From Gammaproteobacteria bacterium (GTDB lineage Bacteria; Pseudomonadota; Gammaproteobacteria; UBA4575), in assembly GCA_965221955.1 (NCBI GenBank), contig CBDCTA010000026.1:31920-95919 (forward strand): a stretch of DNA of 64,000 nucleotides. The letters are read 5' to 3'. The notes under the pieces are model-generated. The model was not told where the DNA came from. It worked only from the letters and a program-made list of their open reading frames with translations, and ran no database searches. Made by a program: the position numbers and the translations under genes. Position 1 is the stretch's first letter. Each line of letters opens with the position of its first letter. Below, one piece after another: positions 52,938 through 61,644 of the stretch.

Positions 52938-53132
52938 ATGAGCGAAAAAGATAAAATTGAATCTACATATAAGTTTATTTCACAGCAATTTGAAAATATA
53001 AACGAAGTTAGTCCCGACCTTTTAAAACAGCTCGAATTTAACCAAAAAGTTTATAGCCAAATTGATTCAGATGAATATTATTACGAAACATTTGGTTCTT
53101 GTGATGCATTCAATTCTACACCTACAAAGTAA
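52938..53132 (+). CDS. Hypothetical small acidic protein
   Basis: 64-aa ORF with protein-like composition. Confidence 0.4.
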   Translation: MSEKDKIESTYKFISQQFENINEVSPDLLKQLEFNQKVYSQIDSDEYYYETFGSCDAFNSTPTK

Positions 53133-53384
53133 AATTTTATTGCAAAAATTTGAGAGGTCATGATTATATAGTTGAATCCGCATTACCCCCCGTACCCCCT
53201 AGATCGACCAGCGGCCAACCAAAACCCAACCTAAATCAGTCAAAAGTCAGGCAAATCTCCCACCCTCTGTCCTAACCTGTTGTTTCCTTTAGCCAGAGTA
53301 CTGCCTTGGTAGAGCTGTGCTTAACTGAAAACTGTAAACTAGGTTTTGTTTGTGCTCTCATTTCAATTGCTAAGTAAATTGATT

Positions 53385-55007
53385 CTACTCAGTTAGCCAA
53401 TTTAATGATGTGGAATCTTTAAAGCTTTCTAGCTTAACTGTATTGGGTACTGATCCAGATTTAATTTCATTCAATAGTGTGGGGGATAAGTAAGCCAATA
53501 TTAAGATACGTCGAATATAACTAACCATAACGTTTTCTTTTTGTGCAATTTCTCGTAAGGACATAAATGATCCATCCAATAAATCTTGATTCCATTCAAT
53601 TGCCTTAGCAACCTTTCTTTGAATTACTTGAGTTGAAGAAGAATTTGGCACAGAATTTTTTCCATTAAGCATCAAAGTTTGTCCTTTACCCTGTTGCTGC
53701 CACTGAATAGCTTGCTTAAGAATATAGTTATCTCGCTTAATTGGATCTAAGCCAAATAAAATAGCTAACTTATCTCTTACTATATGAAGAGCCAGATCAT
53801 TCTTGTTAATGATTATTTTTTGTATAGATGGCAGTAATTTGATTAGTGCTTCATTAGTATACTTCTTCGGTAAAAGTAATTTAGTCTGCTTAGTGACTAT
53901 ATTTATCAACGATAACTCAGGTTTATCGTATCCGATAATATCAAGTACTTTCTGAGGATCTGAATAGGTTTGTTGAATCGTTTTATAAACAGCATTTTCA
54001 ACTTCATCTGCAGTTACACGTGAAATAGAGCCGGCCAAACTGTCTTGGTGTTGCAACAGGGCTTGACTTACATAATACCGATAACGTTTTTTGCCTTTTT
54101 TACTATGTGAGGGTGACATACGATGTTCACGATCATCAAACAGTAATCCAGTTAAAAGACTTCGTCCCTTTGCGCCCAATCGATGTATGTTTTCATGATG
54201 ATTCAGTCGTAGTATGGATTGAGTTTGTTTCCAAACATCTAAATCTAAAGTAGCTTTGTGCTCACCTTCAAAGACCTGATCTTTGTGTCTTACTTTGCCA
54301 ATATACAAAGGATTTTTAAGTATCTTATACAATGCTCCACGACTGAAAGATTTGCTTTGCTTGGTTTTGTGTTTAGTTTGATCCAAGTGATGTTTTAATT
54401 TTCGGACTGATTTGAGTTTTATATATTGATTAAAAATGTAGTGAATGGTTTTCGCTTCTTTTTTATTAATTACTAATAACCGCTCTTTAACATCATAACC
54501 AAGCGGAATGGGACCTCCCATCCACATGCCTTTTTTCTTTGAGGCGGCAATTTTGTCTCGAATCCGTTCTCCGGTGACTTCACGTTCAAACTGTGCAAAG
54601 GAGAGCAGTACATTTAAGGTTAATCGACCCATGGAACTGGACGTATTGAATTGTTGCGTCACCGATACAAAGGAGACTTCATGCTCATCAAAGAGCTCCA
54701 CCAGTTTGGCAAAATCTGCCAACGAACGTGAGAGTCGATCGGCTTTATAGACCACTACAATATCAATCCGCTTTTGTTTTATTTTCTCGATCAGATTGGT
54801 TAGAGCAGGGCGCTTGATATTTCCGCCTGAGAACCCACCATCATCATAATGTTCTTTTATTAACGTCCAGCCTTCATGCTTTTGACTGTTTACATACGCC
54901 TCACAAGCTTCACGTTGGGCATCCAATGAATTAAAACTCTGATCTAAACCTTCATCGGAGGATTTACGGGTATAGATGGCACAACGTTTGATTGGTTTAT
55001 TGGCCAT
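53385..55007 (-). CDS. Large serine recombinase
   Basis: CAIYTRKSS catalytic motif, DRLSRS, SFAQFERE, PLGY, NPLYIG recombinase domain. Confidence 0.95.
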   Translation of the reverse strand: MANKPIKRCAIYTRKSSDEGLDQSFNSLDAQREACEAYVNSQKHEGWTLIKEHYDDGGFSGGNIKRPALTNLIEKIKQKRIDIVVVYKADRLSRSLADFAKLVELFDEHEVSFVSVTQQFNTSSSMGRLTLNVLLSFAQFEREVTGERIRDKIAASKKKGMWMGGPIPLGYDVKERLLVINKKEAKTIHYIFNQYIKLKSVRKLKHHLDQTKHKTKQSKSFSRGALYKILKNPLYIGKVRHKDQVFEGEHKATLDLDVWKQTQSILRLNHHENIHRLGAKGRSLLTGLLFDDREHRMSPSHSKKGKKRYRYYVSQALLQHQDSLAGSISRVTADEVENAVYKTIQQTYSDPQKVLDIIGYDKPELSLINIVTKQTKLLLPKKYTNEALIKLLPSIQKIIINKNDLALHIVRDKLAILFGLDPIKRDNYILKQAIQWQQQGKGQTLMLNGKNSVPNSSSTQVIQRKVAKAIEWNQDLLDGSFMSLREIAQKENVMVSYIRRILILAYLSPTLLNEIKSGSVPNTVKLESFKDSTSLNWLTE

Positions 55008-55485
55008 TGGAGGATTTGGTTAAGCCAAAGAACCGTGGCCCTGAAATGTGGGAATTGGTTATTAGTTTAGCGATGGGTGTGAGGCTTTTAAACAGTTCAC
55101 CGTTATACAGATACCCTTCTTTAACTTTAGTCACGCGATAGGTTTCGCCTTTCCATTCCCGAAGGATTTGGGTGCCTTTTGCAGGTTCGGCTTTTGGTTT
55201 CTTATGGTTGTTGAGCGCTTTGAATTTTTTGTAGATTTTCTCGCGCAGTTTAATGGGATCATGGCCTTGGGCTTTTGCCTGTAAACCCCAGGCCACATTG
55301 CCGTGCAAAAAGGTGGTACTGACCCGTTTAGGGACCTCTTTGTGATACAAGCGTACAAAGTGCTCTTTGAGTAAGGCGATATCCTCGCGGGTTAAGTCTT
55401 TGGTCGCCTTATTAATCAGGGCCTGATCTTGGGGTTTCACCCCACCATTCGTCCATACGGTGGAGTGGAAGTCCAGTTCTTTCAA
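54997..55485 (-). CDS. DUF2924 family protein
   Basis: GT.ILREWKG, Y.G..FKSL..IA..IT....SGPRFFGL; overlaps the recombinase start. Confidence 0.85.
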   Translation of the reverse strand: MKELDFHSTVWTNGGVKPQDQALINKATKDLTREDIALLKEHFVRLYHKEVPKRVSTTFLHGNVAWGLQAKAQGHDPIKLREKIYKKFKALNNHKKPKAEPAKGTQILREWKGETYRVTKVKEGYLYNGELFKSLTPIAKLITNSHISGPRFFGLTKSSNGQ

Positions 55486-55488
55486 GCA

Positions 55489-56991
55489 CTAGGGGTAATA
55501 ATGCCCATTCAAGGCATGCATTTCATCCCATTCGCGTAACCAGGGAGAGTAGGCAATGATGGGGATAAGGGGCCCCGTGTACTGGGTTTTATTTTTCGCC
55601 CATATTAGAAATTGCGACATACTATCGACCTGATCATCATGTTTACCTTTTGGGAAACTCACCACCTCATGCTGAAAATCGGCAAGCCACGAGGCTTCTT
55701 TGGGAATCAACACTTTCTCACTTTCAATGATGGTGGTGGCCTCCATCATGCGCGTCTGTTTATCGCCTTTTGGTTCGAATTTTGTGATGTTATACGAACA
55801 ACTATTGCGCAGATCTTGTATCAGACTCGTACCGGCCCCTTTATCTTCAATCAAAATCTGATCCGCCTCCCAACGTTTTGCATAACGAATGATATGGGCT
55901 TTAAGTTTTGGGTATTCAAGACGTCTTCGTTCTACATGCAATAAGTAACACTTTTGATTTTTAATCATCCAAGTCGTCCCCACCGACCAATCATGAAACT
56001 CTTCCGCTTTAGAGGCAGTGTCCCAACTTTGCACGATCAGATCGCCTGCCTCTTTATCCGGTACTTTTTCATAACTTTTAAACCATTCCCATTTTACGAT
56101 TCCACCTCCAAGCGGTGCAGGGCGCTGTTGATACTGTGCGGCAAAGTTGTAGCTGCCCAACGAGCGTTGTAACTCATCTAAGGTTTCCTTTGATTCACGG
56201 GCAGGGTGGAGCACATCTCCAATCAGACGCTCATGTAAGGCATGTTTAGCAATACGAATCGTTTCATGCTCTTCTGCAATGGCCGGTAAGTTAAGATGTT
56301 TCCACTCACCCGTGTCTAACAAAAAGCCGACTAAATCGTTTTCATGTAAGCGTTGCTGAATCACAATAATGGGATCGGTGACTTTATTGTTTAAACGAGA
56401 AGACACCGTATTGCCAAACCATTCATTGGCATTGTTCAATGCCGTATCAGAGGTGGCATCATCGGCTTTCAACGAATCATCAATAATCAATAAGTTTCCA
56501 CCGCGACCGGTGAGGGTACCGCCCACTGAGGTGGCAAGCCTGCCACCTTGTTTAGTGGTGACAAACTCGGCTTCACTGTTTTTTGATTTATGAATCCGCG
56601 AATTGGGAAAGCACGCTTTATACCAGGCCGATTCGATGATGATGCGCGTATCCCGTGCATGTTTATTGGCAAGACTTTGTGAGTAGCTCGCACAAATAAT
56701 TTGTCGGCTGGGATCATGACCTAACACCCAGGCAGGGTAGGCTACGGAGGCAATAATGGATTTAAGATGACGGGGTGGTACGGTAATGATGGAGCGTTTG
56801 AACTGACCTTCATGACAACACTGTAAGTGATAACAAATCGCTTCGATATGCCAGTTATGTAAGTAAGGTTCTCCTGCGTTTAATGTAGCAAAAACTTTTT
56901 GTACAAAACTGACGAAGTCTTGACGTAAGATCGCGTTAAATTCACGTTTAGTTAGATTCATTTTCATTATCTTCTCCTTGTGTGGAATCAT
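55489..56991 (-). CDS. Terminase large subunit-like ATPase/nuclease
   Basis: PPRHLKS Walker A, IIDD Walker B, QRLH, YQQRP, SWDTA, IEDK, HDDQVD. Confidence 0.9.
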   Translation of the reverse strand: MIPHKEKIMKMNLTKREFNAILRQDFVSFVQKVFATLNAGEPYLHNWHIEAICYHLQCCHEGQFKRSIITVPPRHLKSIIASVAYPAWVLGHDPSRQIICASYSQSLANKHARDTRIIIESAWYKACFPNSRIHKSKNSEAEFVTTKQGGRLATSVGGTLTGRGGNLLIIDDSLKADDATSDTALNNANEWFGNTVSSRLNNKVTDPIIVIQQRLHENDLVGFLLDTGEWKHLNLPAIAEEHETIRIAKHALHERLIGDVLHPARESKETLDELQRSLGSYNFAAQYQQRPAPLGGGIVKWEWFKSYEKVPDKEAGDLIVQSWDTASKAEEFHDWSVGTTWMIKNQKCYLLHVERRRLEYPKLKAHIIRYAKRWEADQILIEDKGAGTSLIQDLRNSCSYNITKFEPKGDKQTRMMEATTIIESEKVLIPKEASWLADFQHEVVSFPKGKHDDQVDSMSQFLIWAKNKTQYTGPLIPIIAYSPWLREWDEMHALNGHYYP

Positions 56992-57364
56992 CTAAGTTAC
57001 GTTGACGATCTTGAAACTGCGCAATGATGGCTTCATCGTCCTCACTAAACCATGCAGTGGATTCTTTCTCATGCTGCTGATGATCCACTTCGGCTTTTAA
57101 CCCCAGTAAGGTTTGTGCAGCCCGCACATCGCCTTTACTGGCTTTCGATAACAACGCTTTAATCAGTGCGCGTTGTTTGGTGATACTGCGCACTTCACCG
57201 CCTTCCGTAATGTGGACAAACTCCTCGAGTTCTTCCTTAATGTCGGTGGCAATATTCTTCACACCTTTGGGCCGACCCTTAGGATTTCCGGATTGGCCTT
57301 TTTTAAACTGCGTTTGTTTGGGAGGTTTACCGTATCCGACTAAATAATTATCTTTATCCATCAC
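56948..57364 (-). CDS. DUF5681 protein (small terminase-like)
   Basis: VGYGKPP...FKKGQSGNPKGRPKG, A.KGD..A. Confidence 0.85.
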   Translation of the reverse strand: MMDKDNYLVGYGKPPKQTQFKKGQSGNPKGRPKGVKNIATDIKEELEEFVHITEGGEVRSITKQRALIKALLSKASKGDVRAAQTLLGLKAEVDHQQHEKESTAWFSEDDEAIIAQFQDRQRNLDDSTQGEDNENESN

Positions 57365-58676
57365 TCACCTCCCGTTCCTGTAAGCGTTGATCTGCAAGCT
57401 CAGTAAACGTTAATCCTGATTTTATATGAATGGCAGATTCACCTGTTTCTTGTTGCCATCGGTGGATCGTGACATCGACATAACAAGGATCCAGCTCAAT
57501 ACCAAAGCAACTACGGTGTGCACGATGTGCGGCGATCAAGGTACTACCTGATCCTAAAAAACCATCTAACACAATATGATTAGGGTGGGTAGCATCTAAA
57601 ATAGCATCATGCAGTAAAGCGATATTTTTAGGTGTTGCGTGTAAGGCTAGCTCTGATTCACGTTCTTTGCTAAAGGATGAGAGTCCTGGATAATTCCATA
57701 CATTGGTCCGATAGCGTCCATGTTTGCCGAGTTCAATATTATTGATGTAAGGTTTTGTGCCTAATTTATATATAGCGATAAGCTCATGTTGAGAGCGATA
57801 AAATGAGCCCATGCCGCCGTTAGATTTACACCAGACACACAGATTGATTTGCTCACTGAAAATACCTTTACACGCATGATGAAGCTCAGGTAAGTGACGC
57901 CAATCCATAAAGATATAGTGTAATGAACCATTTGCACTGTACTGCGCAAGGTTGCCTAAGCTTTGGCGAAGAAATGATGTAAATTCTTTTGGCGTAAATT
58001 CAGAATGCGCCATAGGAAAATTATTAAATTGATGTTTACCAAGGCCACGCATATCCGTGATGTCCAAATTATAAGGAGCATCCGTTAATACCATTTGAGC
58101 AAGCTCTTTACCCATGAGTTGGCTAACCACTTCAACATCACAACTGTTACCGCACACCACACGATGATGGTCTAATGCAAATACATCACCTATTTGTGTG
58201 ATGGGGTTACTAGGGATGGGCAATGCTTCTTCTAAACTCTCTTCATCAACGGGCTCTGCATGAAGTATCAGATCAATTTCAGGAATATCAAAACCCGTTA
58301 ATTCCATATCGAAACTGAGATCAATAAGCTCTTGGAGTTCAATTTTTAATAGCGATGAATCCCATTCAGCTTCTTCTGTGATGCGATTATCCGCTAAACG
58401 ATAAGCGCGTAAATCTTCTTTTGTTAGACCTTCTCTACGTATGCAAGGTATACACTTAAGCCCTAGCTTTTTAGCAGCCAGCCAACGCGCTTCGCCTGCA
58501 TAAATCTTTCCATAGGCATCAATAACAACTACGGTTGTAAAACCAAAGCGTTTAATTGAATTTTTGAGCTTACATATCTGCTTAGGAGTATGTTTTCTTG
58601 GATTGGATGAAGAGGGTCGCAAATTATCAATTGCAACATATTCAACTTTATAAATATATTGTTCCATCAGTTTCAC
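57354..58676 (-). CDS. ParB-N domain + N6/N4 DNA methyltransferase
   Basis: NPRKH...SI..FGF, GEARW, RLADN; motif IV variant DAPY, LDGFLGSGST, GIELDP. Confidence 0.9.
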   Translation of the reverse strand: MKLMEQYIYKVEYVAIDNLRPSSSNPRKHTPKQICKLKNSIKRFGFTTVVVIDAYGKIYAGEARWLAAKKLGLKCIPCIRREGLTKEDLRAYRLADNRITEEAEWDSSLLKIELQELIDLSFDMELTGFDIPEIDLILHAEPVDEESLEEALPIPSNPITQIGDVFALDHHRVVCGNSCDVEVVSQLMGKELAQMVLTDAPYNLDITDMRGLGKHQFNNFPMAHSEFTPKEFTSFLRQSLGNLAQYSANGSLHYIFMDWRHLPELHHACKGIFSEQINLCVWCKSNGGMGSFYRSQHELIAIYKLGTKPYINNIELGKHGRYRTNVWNYPGLSSFSKERESELALHATPKNIALLHDAILDATHPNHIVLDGFLGSGSTLIAAHRAHRSCFGIELDPCYVDVTIHRWQQETGESAIHIKSGLTFTELADQRLQEREVSDG

Positions 58677-58710
58677 CTCATAAGGTTATTTAGAAGCCGA
58701 CAGTATTGCA

Positions 58711-58747
58711 AAATGTAACGTGAAATATATAAAATAGCGTTACATTT
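58711..58747. promoter_or_regulatory. Perfect 10-bp inverted repeat (operator) in the divergent promoter
   Basis: AAATGTAACG-N17-CGTTACATTT. Confidence 0.65.
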
Positions 58748-58763
58748 ATTATAGGCAGAGAAG

Positions 58764-59324
58764 ATGGCTTTAGCGTTACATAAAGAAGAGAGGGAGGTTG
58801 TTGAGGCTATAATTTGGTTTGTAAATCTAAAACGTATTAGATCAACCAAACAAATTGAAAATCGGTTTCAAAAACTTGGATTTGTTAAAACCAAAATAAA
58901 AGATATTGAGACTGAAAACGTTAAGGCTTACCGCTATGATCAAGCCGAGTTACGCGATTGGATGCAATCCATCATAAAAAGCCAACGTGGAAAAAAAGAG
59001 ATAATGGAAAAAGTTATTGAGCGATTAGATCAAGTGGGAGGTATAAAACTAGTTTTTAAAAAAGATCGATTAGAGTATGAATTTACATTAAATGGTGTAC
59101 AAGCCGTTTGTGCATTAGGGCTTGCTTTTATCCTTGATGAAAATCGTGGATTAACCACACGATTACAGCAATGTGGAAATCTGGATTGCAACAAATTTAG
59201 ATTAGATTTTAAGCCGAAAGGTCGGCCGCGACGATTTTGTAATGAAAAATGTAAGCGTCCATTTGATAACTACACAGCTGCAGAGCGCGTGAGAAAACAC
59301 CGAGCAAAGATGAAATCGATATAA
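58764..59324 (+). CDS. CGNR-type zinc-finger protein, probable regulator
   Basis: C-terminal RLQQC...C..F..D.....PRRFC...C with basic tail. Confidence 0.7.
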   Translation: MALALHKEEREVVEAIIWFVNLKRIRSTKQIENRFQKLGFVKTKIKDIETENVKAYRYDQAELRDWMQSIIKSQRGKKEIMEKVIERLDQVGGIKLVFKKDRLEYEFTLNGVQAVCALGLAFILDENRGLTTRLQQCGNLDCNKFRLDFKPKGRPRRFCNEKCKRPFDNYTAAERVRKHRAKMKSI

Positions 59325-59341
59325 TTAGGTATTAGCTAAGC

Positions 59342-59569
59342 TTATTCTGCTTGTACCACTGGTTCGGCAAGCGCATAAAGATCCACATCAAATACTTCGT
59401 TAATGTAATCGATCGTTTTGGGCTGATTGTCCAAAGAGGCTTTAGTGAGTCGTGGCGTAAAGAGTCCTGCATTTCGTTTGAAGTGTGCGTCCTCGGTTGC
59501 CACAGAGCGTATCCATTCAATGGCCACCACATATTCACTTTTCTTCAGCTTTATGTATCTTACGCTCAC
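59342..59569 (-). pseudogene. 3' fragment of a larger protein (resembles C-termini of NucS-like nuclease proteins)
   Basis: EYVV.IEWI..V....A......GLFT..L..ASL..QP.TI; recalled similarity only, no clear RBS. Confidence 0.4.
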
Positions 59570-59692
59570 GGCTTATTCACATCTGTAGGAGCAGTTGGAT
59601 TTAATTATCAATTTACAAAGAGAGTCAGCGTTGAAGCAAAATCTGGAGAAAACCAAGCTGTTGATTTGATCTATACAATAGAAAGAAGTTAA
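59570..59692 (+). pseudogene. Orphan 3' end of a TamB-like gene
   Basis: GLFTSVGAVGFNYQFTKRVSVEAKSGENQAVDLIYTIER* resembles the TamB/DUF490 terminal strands. Confidence 0.6.
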
Positions 59693-59709
59693 TTTCTAAG
59701 CTAATTCTT

Positions 59710-59912
59710 TTAATTACTTCGTTTGAAAAAAGCTAATTGAAATAGCGCCAAATATGGCACCAATTAGAAAGAGCAGAAAAAACAAGATTGCTCTTGGTAG
59801 ATCTACACCCCAAAATAAAAAGTAAATTGACGTCACCTTAAAATTCTGAACTAAAAAAAATTATCAGCATGATAAGTATCACTACAACTAAAATAGACTT
59901 AAACTTATGCAT
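59710..59912 (-). pseudogene. LapA/DUF1049-like small membrane protein, frameshift in A run ~59855
   Basis: IIFF-VQN...V.IYFLFW...LP..ILFF..FLIGAIFG. Confidence 0.6.
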
Positions 59913-60134
59913 GATTACCCTCTGCTTTTTTGAATAGCGAATTTTCAAAGTGTATATCTTATCGAAATAAATGAACTTATAATCTGCAAAAGAATTTATT
60001 TTGCATCATTGATTTAGGTCAATATCATCTCCTTTTTATGAACTATTCTGAGTTAAGTTCTGTAATAAATAAGCTAATACTTAAGTCATTAAAATGTATT
60101 GTGACTTTTATATGACAATCACAACGCTAGCAAC

Positions 60135-61520
60135 ATGATCCTAGAGCATTTAAAAAATCTTGAAAAAATTCAACCTAAGCCCCTTAAGCGTTTAAGTTCT
60201 CAATTACTTTCGCTAGTTGAAAAACAGTTATGGTTGAAAGTCTTAATTGGTATGATTTTAGGATTAGTAGTTGGTTTTATTATCGGTCCTACAGTTGGCA
60301 TTATTCGTCCTGAACTAAGTATTCTTATCGGTAATTGGTTAGCATTACCAGGACAGCTATTTCTAGCAACGATTCAAATGATCGTAATCCCGTTGGTATT
60401 TGCGTCCATAATTTTAGGGATAGCATCTAGTGAAAGTGTCAACCAGCTAAAGAAACTTGGGATAATTGTTAGTATATATTTTGTTATTACTACAGCGATC
60501 GCAGCCTTTATTGGTATTGGCGTTGCACTTCTATCGCTAACAAGAAAGTCATTAGCAATAGCAGATAAATCTATTGATACGACATCAGCTCAAAATATCG
60601 AACCAATAGAAACAGCATCACCTCCGAGCGCAGAAGAATTACCTCAAGTTCTCATTCAACTATTACCTGGCAACCCGTTGAGTTCAATGGTTGAAGGTCA
60701 AATGTTACAAATTGTAATTTTTGCGTTAATATTCGGAATTGCTCTTGTTGCAATGTCACCTACACAATCTAAACCACTTTTAGAACTATTAAATTCTTTA
60801 CAACAAGTTTGTATGACGATTGTGAAGTGGGCAATGTGGTTAGCACCGATTGCCGTTTTTGGATTAATGGCACGGCTGACGAGTCAAGTTGGGATCAGTG
60901 CACTTATTAGTATGTCGCATTATGTTGCAACGGTTTTACTTGCGCTTCTTTTATTACTTATATTTTACTTAGTTATAATATTTATATTTACTCGTCAAGC
61001 ACCATTTCAATTCCTGGGTGCTACACGTGAGCTTCTATTGCTTGCATTTTCAACTTCAAGTTCTGCAGCGGTTATGCCTTTATCTATTAAAACAGCTGAA
61101 GAAAAATTGAACGTTCGAACATCAATTTCTCAATTTGTCATTCCATTAGGTGCAACGATCAATATGAATGGAACGGCTCTTTACCAAGCTGTAGCAACAA
61201 TTTTTCTAGCACAAGTGTATGGTGTTGATATTTCTTTAAGTGGTATGATTTTAATTGTCACGATGGCGGTTGGCGCATCTATTGGATCACCTGCTACACC
61301 GGGAGTAGGGATTGTTATACTTGCAACTATTCTTGATACGGTTGGCATCCCACCTGAAGGTATTGCTCTTATTATGGGTGTAGATCGTATCTTAGATATG
61401 AGTCGAACATCAATTAATGTAGCTGGAGATGTCGTCGCTGCGAAGTTGATGAATAGATGGGTGAATCATGAAAACCCAAACGAGGTCAGATCAAAAACAA
61501 ATTCTATTAAGACAACTTAA
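60135..61520 (+). CDS. Dicarboxylate/amino acid:cation symporter (DAACS)
   Basis: AFSTSSSAA, GATINMNGT, DRILDMSRTSINV.GD. Confidence 0.95.
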   Translation: MILEHLKNLEKIQPKPLKRLSSQLLSLVEKQLWLKVLIGMILGLVVGFIIGPTVGIIRPELSILIGNWLALPGQLFLATIQMIVIPLVFASIILGIASSESVNQLKKLGIIVSIYFVITTAIAAFIGIGVALLSLTRKSLAIADKSIDTTSAQNIEPIETASPPSAEELPQVLIQLLPGNPLSSMVEGQMLQIVIFALIFGIALVAMSPTQSKPLLELLNSLQQVCMTIVKWAMWLAPIAVFGLMARLTSQVGISALISMSHYVATVLLALLLLLIFYLVIIFIFTRQAPFQFLGATRELLLLAFSTSSSAAVMPLSIKTAEEKLNVRTSISQFVIPLGATINMNGTALYQAVATIFLAQVYGVDISLSGMILIVTMAVGASIGSPATPGVGIVILATILDTVGIPPEGIALIMGVDRILDMSRTSINVAGDVVAAKLMNRWVNHENPNEVRSKTNSIKTT

Positions 61521-61644
61521 GTATTATTTTAGAATAAAATTACTGTGGGCTACACTCTAAGCACCATTAAGAATTTCAAGATTAAGGTTCACGTACAAAC
61601 TAAATTTTAGAAAAAATATTGTCCACAGTAAAAATAATTAAAAT

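Noticed and set aside
53175-53290. C-rich skewed tract downstream of the recombinase as origin or att site
   Set aside because: No partner repeat or recognisable motif in the window to support a call
53385-58676. Complete prophage
   Set aside because: No portal, capsid, tail, lysis or replication genes
59351-59692. 113-aa plus-strand ORF as a real gene
   Set aside because: Chimeric: its first part is antisense to the minus-strand fragment and only the last ~40 codons look like TamB
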